64,000 nucleotides of DNA from Candidatus Woesearchaeota archaeon (lineage in GTDB: Archaea > Nanobdellota > Nanobdellia > Pacearchaeales > GW2011-AR1). Shown one piece after another: positions 18,067 to 25,024 of this stretch. The stretch spans positions 21,543-85,542 of the forward strand of contig CAYXNP010000003.1 of the NCBI GenBank assembly GCA_964466575.1, given 5' to 3'. Numbering within the stretch: the first letter of the stretch is position 1; every line of letters begins with the position of its first letter. The notes under the pieces were generated by a model that was not told where the DNA came from, searched no databases, and saw only the letters and a list, made by a program, of their open reading frames with translations. Made by a program: the position numbers and the translations under genes.

Positions 18067-18420
18067 TGTATAGGTTCATGACTATGTCCTCTTTATGTGT
18101 AAATTTTCTTGCTTCGCAAAGATTAATGGCTTCTACTCGCGCCTTGACTTTGCTATTGATAATTCAAATTGTCAAAGTCAAAACAACTCGGTCAGACTTC
18201 GTCACTGCTCTCGCGACCCCACTCAAACAAAGTTTTGAGGCGCCACTCGTGAAATCGCTCGTCTCCGCTAAGAAATTGTTAATCTATAATTCGGGATATA
18301 TTGTTATCATTTTTCTCGACGGAAAAATCTGGTGAAGCCGATTTTGAAGTCACAATAAATTTTCGAACGAAGTGGGAACTAATTTTTGGTTTAGCCCATG
18401 ACATATGTCATGAACCTACA
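18067..18420. mobile_element. composite MITE-like element with imperfect ~20-bp TIRs; contains family B-like (18136-18190) and family A (18210-18261) modules
   Basis: Left end is TGTATAGGTTCATGACTATGTCC; the reverse complement of the right end is TGTAGGTTCATGACATATGTCA. A related copy lies in inverted orientation at 61981-62456. Confidence 0.7.
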
Positions 18421-18472
18421 CACTCTCTTAATTCATACATATTTTTATAAATCTGAATTGTCTTAATGAATT

Positions 18473-19720
18473 ATGAAAGGGATATTGGTGATACTTGACG
18501 GTTTAGGTGATTTGCCAAACAAACAGCTTAATGATAAAACTCCTTTGGAAATTGCTGAGACTCCTAATTTGGCCTTTTTAGCTAATCGGGGAGAAATGGG
18601 AATTATGTATCCTGTTAGGCTTGGTTTTATTCCAGGAAGTGATGAAGCGATTATTTCAATTTTTAATAATCCGCAGATAAATAGTTCAAGAGGGCAATTG
18701 GAAGCTAGAGGCGCAGGTTTTAAATTGATGAGAGGAGATCTTGCATTAAGAGCTAATTTTGCAACAATTGATTCTTTAGATAAAGGCAATGTGATTGATA
18801 GACGAGCTGGTAGGACTTTAACAAGTTATGAAGCAGAAATTCTTGCTAAAGATTTGAATAAGAAAATTAATTTGCCTGTGAAGTTTGAATTTAAATCTAC
18901 AATTCAGCATCGCGGGGTTTTAGTTTTTAGGGGTGGTTTTTCTGAAATGATTTCAAATAATGAAATTTCTTATTATAATCAGGGAAAATTTAATGAAAGA
19001 AAAAACGTTCCTTTTTCAAGGCCGTTGAATGAAAATGAGAATGCGCAATATACTTCTAATGTAATAAATGAATTTCTTGCCCAGGCTTATACAATACTTG
19101 AGAACCATCCAATTAATTTGGAAAGGAAGAAGAGAGGGTTGATGCCTGCTAATTATATTTTAATTCGCGGGGCAGGAATTGAAATTCCTAAACTTAAATT
19201 TTATAGAAATTGGCTTTCTGTTGCGTATATGCCTTTGGAGATTGGATTTTCTGAGTTGAGCGGCATGGAGACTTTTAAATTTGAATATCCCAAACTTAAA
19301 AAATTAGATGTTTATGCAAATTTATATGATGGGTTGAAACAGGTATGCAATTTTTCAATTAAAATTTTAAAAAAACACTATAAAAATTTTGATTATGCTT
19401 ATATTCATTTTAAGGAGACTGATTTGCCAGGGCATGATAATAAACCTTTTGAGAAAAAGGAAATGTTAGAGTATGTTGATAAAATTTTTTTTAAGTTTTT
19501 GAGAAAGTTTGCTCCTCCAAATGGAATTAAGGTTTGTGTTACAGGCGATCATTCTACTCCTTGTAAACTGAAAGCGCATAGTGCTGACCCTGTTCCTGTT
19601 TTGCTGTATAATGATTCAATACCTAAAGAAAAGAAATTTTGTGAAAAAGATGCTCACAGAGGCACCTTAGGAAGAATGACTGGAAATGAGCTTTTGAAAG
19701 TTATTGGTTTTGATAAGTGA
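18473..19720 (+). CDS. apgM: 2,3-bisphosphoglycerate-independent phosphoglycerate mutase, archaeal type
   Basis: ILVILDGLGD, TDLPGHD and VTGDHSTP motifs. Confidence 0.9.
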   Translation: MKGILVILDGLGDLPNKQLNDKTPLEIAETPNLAFLANRGEMGIMYPVRLGFIPGSDEAIISIFNNPQINSSRGQLEARGAGFKLMRGDLALRANFATIDSLDKGNVIDRRAGRTLTSYEAEILAKDLNKKINLPVKFEFKSTIQHRGVLVFRGGFSEMISNNEISYYNQGKFNERKNVPFSRPLNENENAQYTSNVINEFLAQAYTILENHPINLERKKRGLMPANYILIRGAGIEIPKLKFYRNWLSVAYMPLEIGFSELSGMETFKFEYPKLKKLDVYANLYDGLKQVCNFSIKILKKHYKNFDYAYIHFKETDLPGHDNKPFEKKEMLEYVDKIFFKFLRKFAPPNGIKVCVTGDHSTPCKLKAHSADPVPVLLYNDSIPKEKKFCEKDAHRGTLGRMTGNELLKVIGFDK

Positions 19721-19781
19721 TGTTATATTTGAGCATAGATATTATTAAAAATTCTAAGTATTTCTTTTAATAAGATAATTG

Positions 19782-19956
19782 AAAATGATAACCTACAACG
19801 ATATTTACGAAGCTGCTAAAAAGAACCCATTGGTTCTTTTTGAATCTCCTCGAAACACTGAACGGCGATTTCTAATTGCCTCCGGTGAAATCGCAGCGCA
19901 GCTTCTTATAAATGGAGAATTAAAATGATAACCTACAACGATATTTACGAAGCTGC
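19782..19956 (+). repeat. 35-bp direct duplication of the GINS gene start (19782-19816 and 19922-19956) flanking a 105-bp hairpin-rich insertion
   Basis: AAAATGATAACCTACAACGATATTTACGAAGCTGC occurs twice. The insert carries the GCGATTTC..GAAATCGC and AAGAACC..GGTTCTT inverted repeats. Confidence 0.8.
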
Positions 19957-20479
19957 GAGAAAAGAGCGATATAGCGAGCAGCTTCAGAATCTTCCAAAAA
20001 ATTTTATTTTAGAAGTTGCTGATTATTTTAAAGATAAAAAGGAAATGGCATTAAAAGTGGATGATGTTTTTTCTGATGTTATAATTAAGACAAAGAAGCA
20101 ACTTGAGAATGCGATAACTTTGTTTAAGGAGTTGATGCTGCGAAGAAGAAAGAAATTATTGAATCTTGTGTTGATTGCTTCTGAGACAGGAATTAGCAAG
20201 CAGGATTTTGAAAATATGTTTGCTATTGAGAAAGAGTTGTTTGAAGAATTAATGAAATGCATTGAAGCAAGTGATAAAAAACTTAATGAGAATTTGAGCG
20301 GAAAAAAAGATGCGGATTTGAAAAATGAAATGATTGTTTTTAGTGATGGTGTTGAGGAGTTTGTTGGACTTGATGGAGAGAGAGTTGGACCGTTTGAAAA
20401 AGGGCAGATTGCAAATCTTCCGAGGGAAATTGCGTATATTTTAGTTGCTGACGGCAAGGCGGAAATTGTTGAGGAGTAA
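19925..20479 (+). CDS. GINS subunit (Gins51/Gins15-like), putative
   Basis: N-terminal ..YEAARKERYSEQLQNLPKNFILEVADYF.. and C-terminal B-domain-like ..GQIANLPREIAYILVADGKAEIVE. Confidence 0.55.
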   Translation: MITYNDIYEAARKERYSEQLQNLPKNFILEVADYFKDKKEMALKVDDVFSDVIIKTKKQLENAITLFKELMLRRRKKLLNLVLIASETGISKQDFENMFAIEKELFEELMKCIEASDKKLNENLSGKKDADLKNEMIVFSDGVEEFVGLDGERVGPFEKGQIANLPREIAYILVADGKAEIVEE

Positions 20480-20815
20480 GAAATACTCTATTAATTAGAA
20501 GTTACTTAATTTTAGCAGCAAGATATATTTTTATAATTTAATTTAGCATTCGTTCCAAAGTCACTCGTGTTATCTATTGGCTTGAAGATTCTGTTTCACT
20601 TGAATCTTCTCGCTAAGGAAAATGTTAACGTAAATTTTTTTGAATGTTATTTATCATTATCACTCTTTCAAATTATTATTTTTTGAAACAAACTTTTACT
20701 ATCATCAGTTTATGAATGCCTTTGAGTTAATTTTTATCAAATCACGAACGAAGTGAGTGCTAGATTATTGAATTGAAAACAAAAACCTTATTAACTTCTT
20801 ATTTTTTTAGTAATC

Positions 20816-21019
20816 ATGGTAAATAGTCGATTAGTGTGGGGGTGGGTTTTGATGGCTCTTGGATTAATATTAATTGTAGTTTCGCCGTTGCTTATGTTTA
20901 TTTCATTATTTTATGGAATTCCTATTTTTATTATTGGATTAGTAATATTATTAAATAAAGATGAAGATAAAATAGAGCAAATAAATAATATAAAAAGTAT
21001 AAAAAAATCTAAGAAATAA
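20816..21019 (+). CDS. small membrane protein
   Basis: Two hydrophobic helices; abuts the next gene. Confidence 0.4.
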   Translation: MVNSRLVWGWVLMALGLILIVVSPLLMFISLFYGIPIFIIGLVILLNKDEDKIEQINNIKSIKKSKK

Positions 21020-21020
21020 A

Positions 21021-21344
21021 ATGAAGAAAATTATTGTGACAACTGCGAATGATATTCCAGGAAAACAAATTAAAGAGGTTCTTGGAATTGTGAGAGGAAA
21101 TACTGTAAGAACGAGGAATGTCGGCGTAGATATCGGGGCGTTTTTAAAAAATCTTGTCGGAGGAGAAATTAAAAATTATACTTTGCTGACTAATCAGGCA
21201 AGAGATGAAGCATTTAACAGGATGGTAAATAATGCTATTGAACTTGGAGCAGATGCAATTATTGCAATGAGGTTTACGACTTCAACAGTTATGACAGGAG
21301 CTTCTGAGATGCTGGCTTTTGGAACAGCTGTTAAATTGAAGTGA
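21021..21344 (+). CDS. YbjQ/UPF0145-family protein
   Basis: ..GIVRGNTVRTRNVGVDIGA..LVGGEIKNYT...AIELGADAIIAMRF pattern. Confidence 0.75.
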   Translation: MKKIIVTTANDIPGKQIKEVLGIVRGNTVRTRNVGVDIGAFLKNLVGGEIKNYTLLTNQARDEAFNRMVNNAIELGADAIIAMRFTTSTVMTGASEMLAFGTAVKLK

Positions 21345-21369
21345 AATAATAAATAAAAGATTAAATAAA

Positions 21370-21519
21370 ATGGAAGATAAAGATAAAAACAATTGCATTT
21401 TTCCAAAATGTCCGAAGTGTGGAAAAGGTTATTTATTGCCTTTTTCTTACAAGGAAGATGTTTTTGAAAAATGGAAATGTTCAAATCCTGAATGTGCGTA
21501 TGTGATTGAGAAGAGGTAA
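21370..21519 (+). CDS. small zinc-ribbon protein (49 aa)
   Basis: Hand-translated: CPKCGKG...CSNPEC gives two CxxC pairs. Below the ORF-track cutoff. Confidence 0.35.
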   Translation: MEDKDKNNCIFPKCPKCGKGYLLPFSYKEDVFEKWKCSNPECAYVIEKR

Positions 21520-21537
21520 TTTTGTTAGAAGGAATAA

Positions 21538-21586
21538 GGTGAACTAGATTCAACTTTGAATGATAATTTGTAAATTTAGATTAATA
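21538..21586. repeat. family E repeat (GGTGAACTAGATTCAACTTTGA..GATAAT..TTTAGATTAAT)
   Basis: Related copies occur at 41157-41210, 61089-61140 and 22375-22430. All lie just 3' of genes. Confidence 0.55.
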
Positions 21587-21716
21587 TAATTTTTGGGCGG
21601 ATTTAGAAAAGGTGTAATGCTATACTTAAGAATGGGAATAATTTGTAAATTTAGATTAATTAATTTGAATTTGGATTCAAAGATATATTTTTATATTCAT
21701 TTTTCTTAAATTATAG

Positions 21717-22121
21717 ATGGTATTTGAAATAATTTTAATCTTAGCATTTATTGGGTATTTGCTTTCAGCTTATGCGTTTTATATTGAAAAGAGAAAGGAG
21801 AAAGAAGAACGTTATAAAGCAGTTTGTGATATTGGTGAACATGCTTCTTGTACAAAGGCGTTTACGAGCGCGTATGGAAAAATGTTTGGAATTTCAAATT
21901 CGATTTATGGAATGTTGTTTTATGTTTTGGTTTTTATTTTGGCTTTGTTGAATTTTGGAAATTATATTTTTTATTTGAGTGTTTTAAGTTTTCTTGAAAC
22001 CTTGTATCTTGCATATATTCTTTATTTTAAATTAAAGAATTTTTGTTTGATTTGCCATGGAATTTATTTAATAAATATCTTATTGCTTGTTTTTAGTTGG
22101 AAATTTGCTTTTTGGATTTAA
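21717..22121 (+). CDS. VKOR-family membrane thiol oxidoreductase (putative, second copy)
   Basis: CDIGEHASCTKAFTSAYGKMFGIS loop cysteines and a CLIC motif in a TM helix. Confidence 0.6.
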   Translation: MVFEIILILAFIGYLLSAYAFYIEKRKEKEERYKAVCDIGEHASCTKAFTSAYGKMFGISNSIYGMLFYVLVFILALLNFGNYIFYLSVLSFLETLYLAYILYFKLKNFCLICHGIYLINILLLVFSWKFAFWI

Positions 22122-22137
22122 AGATTTTAATGGAAAG

Positions 22138-22270
22138 GGCTACATTCTATGTTAAATTTTTTTGAGAGATTTTGTTTGTCATCATATGCCCACCCAAACT
22201 GTGTCCCACCCTAATATCAAACAAAATCTCTAATTTATTTGAATTGATTTTTGTAAGAGGGGATGTAGCC
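22138..22270. mobile_element. family D MITE (133 bp), TIR GGCTACAT..ATGTAGCC
   Basis: A near-identical 133-bp copy lies at 54777-54909. The internal long stem GAGAGATTTTGTTTG..CAAACAAAATCTC encloses CCCACCC..CCCACCC. Confidence 0.8.
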
Positions 22271-22273
22271 ATG

Positions 22274-22358
22274 AATTAGCGCTCGCAGGCTCGCGGTGTA
22301 AGGCACCAAGGTTCCTTGACAATCAACCTCCTTTAAATTAGCGCTCGCAGGCTCGCGG
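22274..22358 (+). repeat. two identical 23-bp direct repeats (AATTAGCGCTCGCAGGCTCGCGG) flanking a 39-bp module
   Basis: Copies at 22274-22296 and 22336-22358. The enclosed GTAAGGCACCAAGGTTCC..GACAATCAACCTCC module recurs at about 62131-62205. Confidence 0.7.
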
Positions 22359-22778
22359 ATTTGAAAAGATTAACTAAGATTCAACATAGATAATCATGAT
22401 AATTATTGAGTTTAGGTTATCATAATTTTTTAATAAAAACATATACTTTGTGTTTTTTTAATGTAGTTTTCTTACTGAAGTTTTTTAAGAAAAACTTTCT
22501 TGAGAAAATTTGGAACTCGCAAGCTCGTTCAGCTTAAGACTATTATTAACTAGATTTTGAGTTAATTAGAGTTTATATCAATCATTGATTGGTGCGAGTG
22601 AAAAGAATATAATTAAAAATGAAAAAAGAGGAAGATTATTTTTGTGATAAATGCGGTGAGCCGTTAGAGTACGATTCGTTTTATATTAGATGGGTTTGTG
22701 ATAAATGTGTTAGGCATGATTATTGTTTGAGGAAATGAAAATGGTTTAGAATTAATTATCTTTGTTTTAAGACAACAA

Positions 22779-22788
22779 GTTTTAAAAG
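22779..22788 (+). promoter_or_regulatory. putative TATA box for tRNA-Thr
   Basis: GTTTTAAAAG lies about 30 nt upstream of the tRNA 5' end. Confidence 0.35.
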
Positions 22789-22814
22789 TCAATTATTTCT
22801 TGTTTACAATATAT

Positions 22815-22886
<72 letters not shown>

Positions 22887-22960
22887 TTTATATTATCGAG
22901 CAAAGCGGGATAATCTTGATTCTGGATTTAAAGTCACTTAAACGCTATATCATTATAGAA

Positions 22961-23040
22961 GTCGGGGGCGAGTGATTTCACGAGTGTCGTCTCAAAACTT
23001 TGTTTGAGTGGGGTCGCGAGGTTAAATCCCTCTGCAGGCT
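22961..23040 (+). pseudogene. duplicated 3' fragment of tRNA-Thr, interrupted in the T-loop by a 52-bp family A element (22969-23020)
   Basis: GTCGGGGG + insert + GTTAAATCCCTCTGCAGGCT repeats the 3' end of the intact gene, which lies 74 bp upstream. Confidence 0.8.
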
Positions 23041-23045
23041 TTTTA

Positions 23046-23591
23046 TTATTTTAAAATTTCCAAAACTCTTATCTCACACATAGAAAGAGGATATATTTTT
23101 TTAAGTTTTAGTGAGATTGTTTTTTGAATTTTGTTTTTTATTATGTCGTCGAAAAGTTCTTCTGCGTCTTTGTCTTTGACATATTTTAATAATTCTTCTT
23201 TTGCTTTGTTTCTTAATGCTTTACGAACTGCTCTTGAGACTTTTCTTCTTGTGACGAGAAAAGGTTTAATTTTTAATTTAGCATCTTTGCAATTTGATGT
23301 GAATGAATCTTCAACATAGTTTGTTCCCTTTCTTACCATTCGTTTTAAGTAATATGGCATAAGTCTAAATTGGATCGGATGTGCAATTGCTTTTTGTTTT
23401 TCTCCAGAGCCTTCAATTTTTATATTAAATCGTGCTTCAATGCTTTTACCTTTTAGGATTCTTGTTAAATCAAATTTTATGAATCTTCCTTCGAGTTCTT
23501 CTAAATTAAATGCTTGAGCTTGAGTTTCCTTATTAATTAAAGGTATTTCAACATCGAAAAATCTCTTTCGTTTTTTTGTTATAGTTGCCAT
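23046..23591 (-). CDS. rps3ae: 30S ribosomal protein S3Ae (eS1)
   Basis: KRKRFFDVEIPLI.. N-terminus, with length and charge pattern typical of S3Ae. Confidence 0.8.
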   Translation of the reverse strand: MATITKKRKRFFDVEIPLINKETQAQAFNLEELEGRFIKFDLTRILKGKSIEARFNIKIEGSGEKQKAIAHPIQFRLMPYYLKRMVRKGTNYVEDSFTSNCKDAKLKIKPFLVTRRKVSRAVRKALRNKAKEELLKYVKDKDAEELFDDIIKNKIQKTISLKLKKIYPLSMCEIRVLEILK

Positions 23592-23691
23592 TTAAGATTG
23601 CTCGCTTTCGAAGCGAGGAATATTTAGATTGTGAATATGAAGACACCGAGTTGTGTTGTTAGTGGTTGTTGAGATTATTTTATTTATCATT

Positions 23692-24003
23692 TTATTCTTG
23701 TAAGACCTTTCCTGCCCTTATACCTCTTTTTTGGTATTTAGATTTTTTGCATACGCTGCAGGTATACATGAAATTTGTTTTTTTAGTTGTTTTAGTTTTT
23801 CTTTTATGTTTTGATTGCGCTGGTTTTGAGCCCCATTTTCCTAAATTTCCAATTCCTCTTCCAAGTCCACGCAATCTTGCTCTTGCTTTACTTCCCCGAG
23901 TTAAAGTTCCCCTAGTAAATCCTGTTCCCACTAATTTAATCTTTTGTTCTGTTTTCTTTTTACAGAATGGACAATAACGTTTAGTTGTTTTTGGTTTTTT
24001 CAC
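23692..24003 (-). CDS. rpl44e: 50S ribosomal protein L44e (eL42)
   Basis: RYCPFCKKKTEQK...YTCSVCKKSK zinc-ribbon layout in a highly basic protein. Confidence 0.85.
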   Translation of the reverse strand: MKKPKTTKRYCPFCKKKTEQKIKLVGTGFTRGTLTRGSKARARLRGLGRGIGNLGKWGSKPAQSKHKRKTKTTKKTNFMYTCSVCKKSKYQKRGIRAGKVLQE

Positions 24004-24066
24004 AAAGATGAATGAGAAAAAGGGTTTTTAAAGTTAGTGGATTGATTTAATTTGAATGGTCCTACG

Positions 24067-24198
24067 ACAACTCGGCACTTCGCACACCAACCCCACACTT
24101 ACACCCTTACCACGAAATGCCTCGGAATTTGAACTTTTATCAGAAACATAGAAGTCACGCAGTTCTGAGAATTACAGATTTAACAAAGTTAAATCTGT
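24067..24198. repeat. 132-bp repeat insertion bounded by an 11-bp duplication of the tRNA-Val 3' end (ATGGTCCTACG at 24056-24066 and 24199-24209)
   Basis: The direct repeat was read directly. The insert core CCACACTTACACCCTTACCACGAAATGCCTCGG resembles 47660-47690 and 33480-33510 (reverse complement). Confidence 0.7.
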
Positions 24199-24199
24199 A

Positions 24200-24270
24200 T
24201 GGTCCTACGCAGAATTGAACTGCGGCCATATCCACGTCAAGGATACGTTCTACCATTAAACTATAGGACC
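24200..24270 (-). tRNA. tRNA-Val (anticodon GAC)
   Basis: Reverse complement GGTCCTATAGTTTAATGGTAGAACGTATCCTTGACGTGGATA.. forms a cloverleaf with T-arm CGCAG-TTCAATT-CTGCG. Confidence 0.85.
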
Positions 24271-24275
24271 TATAA

Positions 24276-24494
24276 TTATTCAAATAATTCTTCTGGCGTA
24301 AGATCTGCAGATTTGATTATTTGATTTAATGTGCCTTTTTTGAGAAGATTGTGGTTTGGAACCGTAATTTTTATTATTTTTTCTTGAGTATTTTTTTCTA
24401 ACCGAATATGAGAACCTTTTTGCCTTACAACAACAAAACCAAATTTAGCAAGTTTTTTTATTAATTCTCTTCCAGAAATTTGAGGTAATTTCAT
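24276..24494 (-). CDS. hicA: HicA-family toxin
   Basis: ISGRELIKKLAKFGFVVVRQKGSHIRLEK motif; overlaps hicB by 4 nt. Confidence 0.85.
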   Translation of the reverse strand: MKLPQISGRELIKKLAKFGFVVVRQKGSHIRLEKNTQEKIIKITVPNHNLLKKGTLNQIIKSADLTPEELFE

Positions 24495-24697
24495 ATTATT
24501 ATCTTTTTTAATTCAGCATTTTCTCTATAGATAATTAACTCATTTTCGTCTGCTTCTAAATAAAGTTCCATTGCTTCTTTTATATTTTTCAATGCTTCTT
24601 CTTTTGTTTCGCCTTGCGAAATACATCCAGGTAGAGAGGGAACATAAACTGTAAATCCTCCTTCAGTTTGAGGTTCTAAAACAATTGTTATTTCCAT
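24491..24697 (-). CDS. hicB: HicB-family antitoxin (UPF0150)
   Basis: EGGFTVYVPSLPGCISQGETKEEALKNIKEAMELYLE motif. Confidence 0.85.
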   Translation of the reverse strand: MEITIVLEPQTEGGFTVYVPSLPGCISQGETKEEALKNIKEAMELYLEADENELIIYRENAELKKIII

Positions 24698-24889
24698 GAT
24701 ATAATAATAATGCCTTCCTTTATAAGATTAGTGGTAGATTTTTTTAAAACCATTCTTCTCTTTCTTCTTTAATTCAATATCCTATTTTCTTTTCAATTAC
24801 TAACTTACTTACTAAGTAACTAACTTAATTAATAAGAAACATTTATATATTAAAAATTTCTATGTTATCTATTGAGGTTTTAAAATAAG

Positions 24890-25024
24890 GTGAAGAAATA
24901 TCTGCTTTTGATAGAGGATGAGAAATTGTGGGAGAAGTTTAAAGAGTTGAATAAGAAAGATATTAATTCTGAGATTATTGAGCTTATTAAAAAGAAAATA
25001 AATTTAGAGGAGAGAAAAAAATGA
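24890..25024 (+). CDS. small ribbon-helix-helix-like protein (44 aa, GTG start), first gene of the giant-protein operon
   Basis: Hand-translated VKKYLLLIEDEKLWEKFKELNKKDINSEIIELIKKKI.. (strand-helix-helix pattern). Its stop overlaps the ATG of the next gene (ATGA). Confidence 0.3.
   Translation: MKKYLLLIEDEKLWEKFKELNKKDINSEIIELIKKKINLEERKK

Noticed and set aside
18066-18335. 89-aa ORF inside the 18067-18420 element. Similar ORFs occur at 4698-4931, 32879-33073, 54738-55124 and 55014-55274.
   Set aside because: All lie entirely within repeat blocks whose copies elsewhere are intergenic or in other frames. They stay open only because the repeats are richer in G+C, and no start context or motif supports them.
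20830-20850. G-tract GTGTGGGGGTGGGTTTT, considered as another reverse-oriented repeat core
   Set aside because: It lies in the small membrane-protein ORF (encoding ..VWGWVL..) with no flanking repeat modules or inverted stems, so it is probably native coding sequence.
22274-22358. Two identical 23-bp direct repeats with a 39-bp spacer, considered as a possible mini-CRISPR
   Set aside because: There are only two copies. The 'spacer' is itself a dispersed repeat module (also at about 62131-62205), and there are no cas genes. The locus fits the MITE-like repeat network instead.
22961-23040. tRNA fragments (here and at 33172-33314 and 33594-33685) as Nanoarchaeum-style split tRNA halves
   Set aside because: An intact, foldable copy of each tRNA lies adjacent. 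The fragments lack complementary leader or trailer sequences and promoters, and some are interrupted by repeat modules.
23666-23977. 103-aa plus-strand ORF
   Set aside because: It is exactly antisense to the well-supported ribosomal protein L44e gene.
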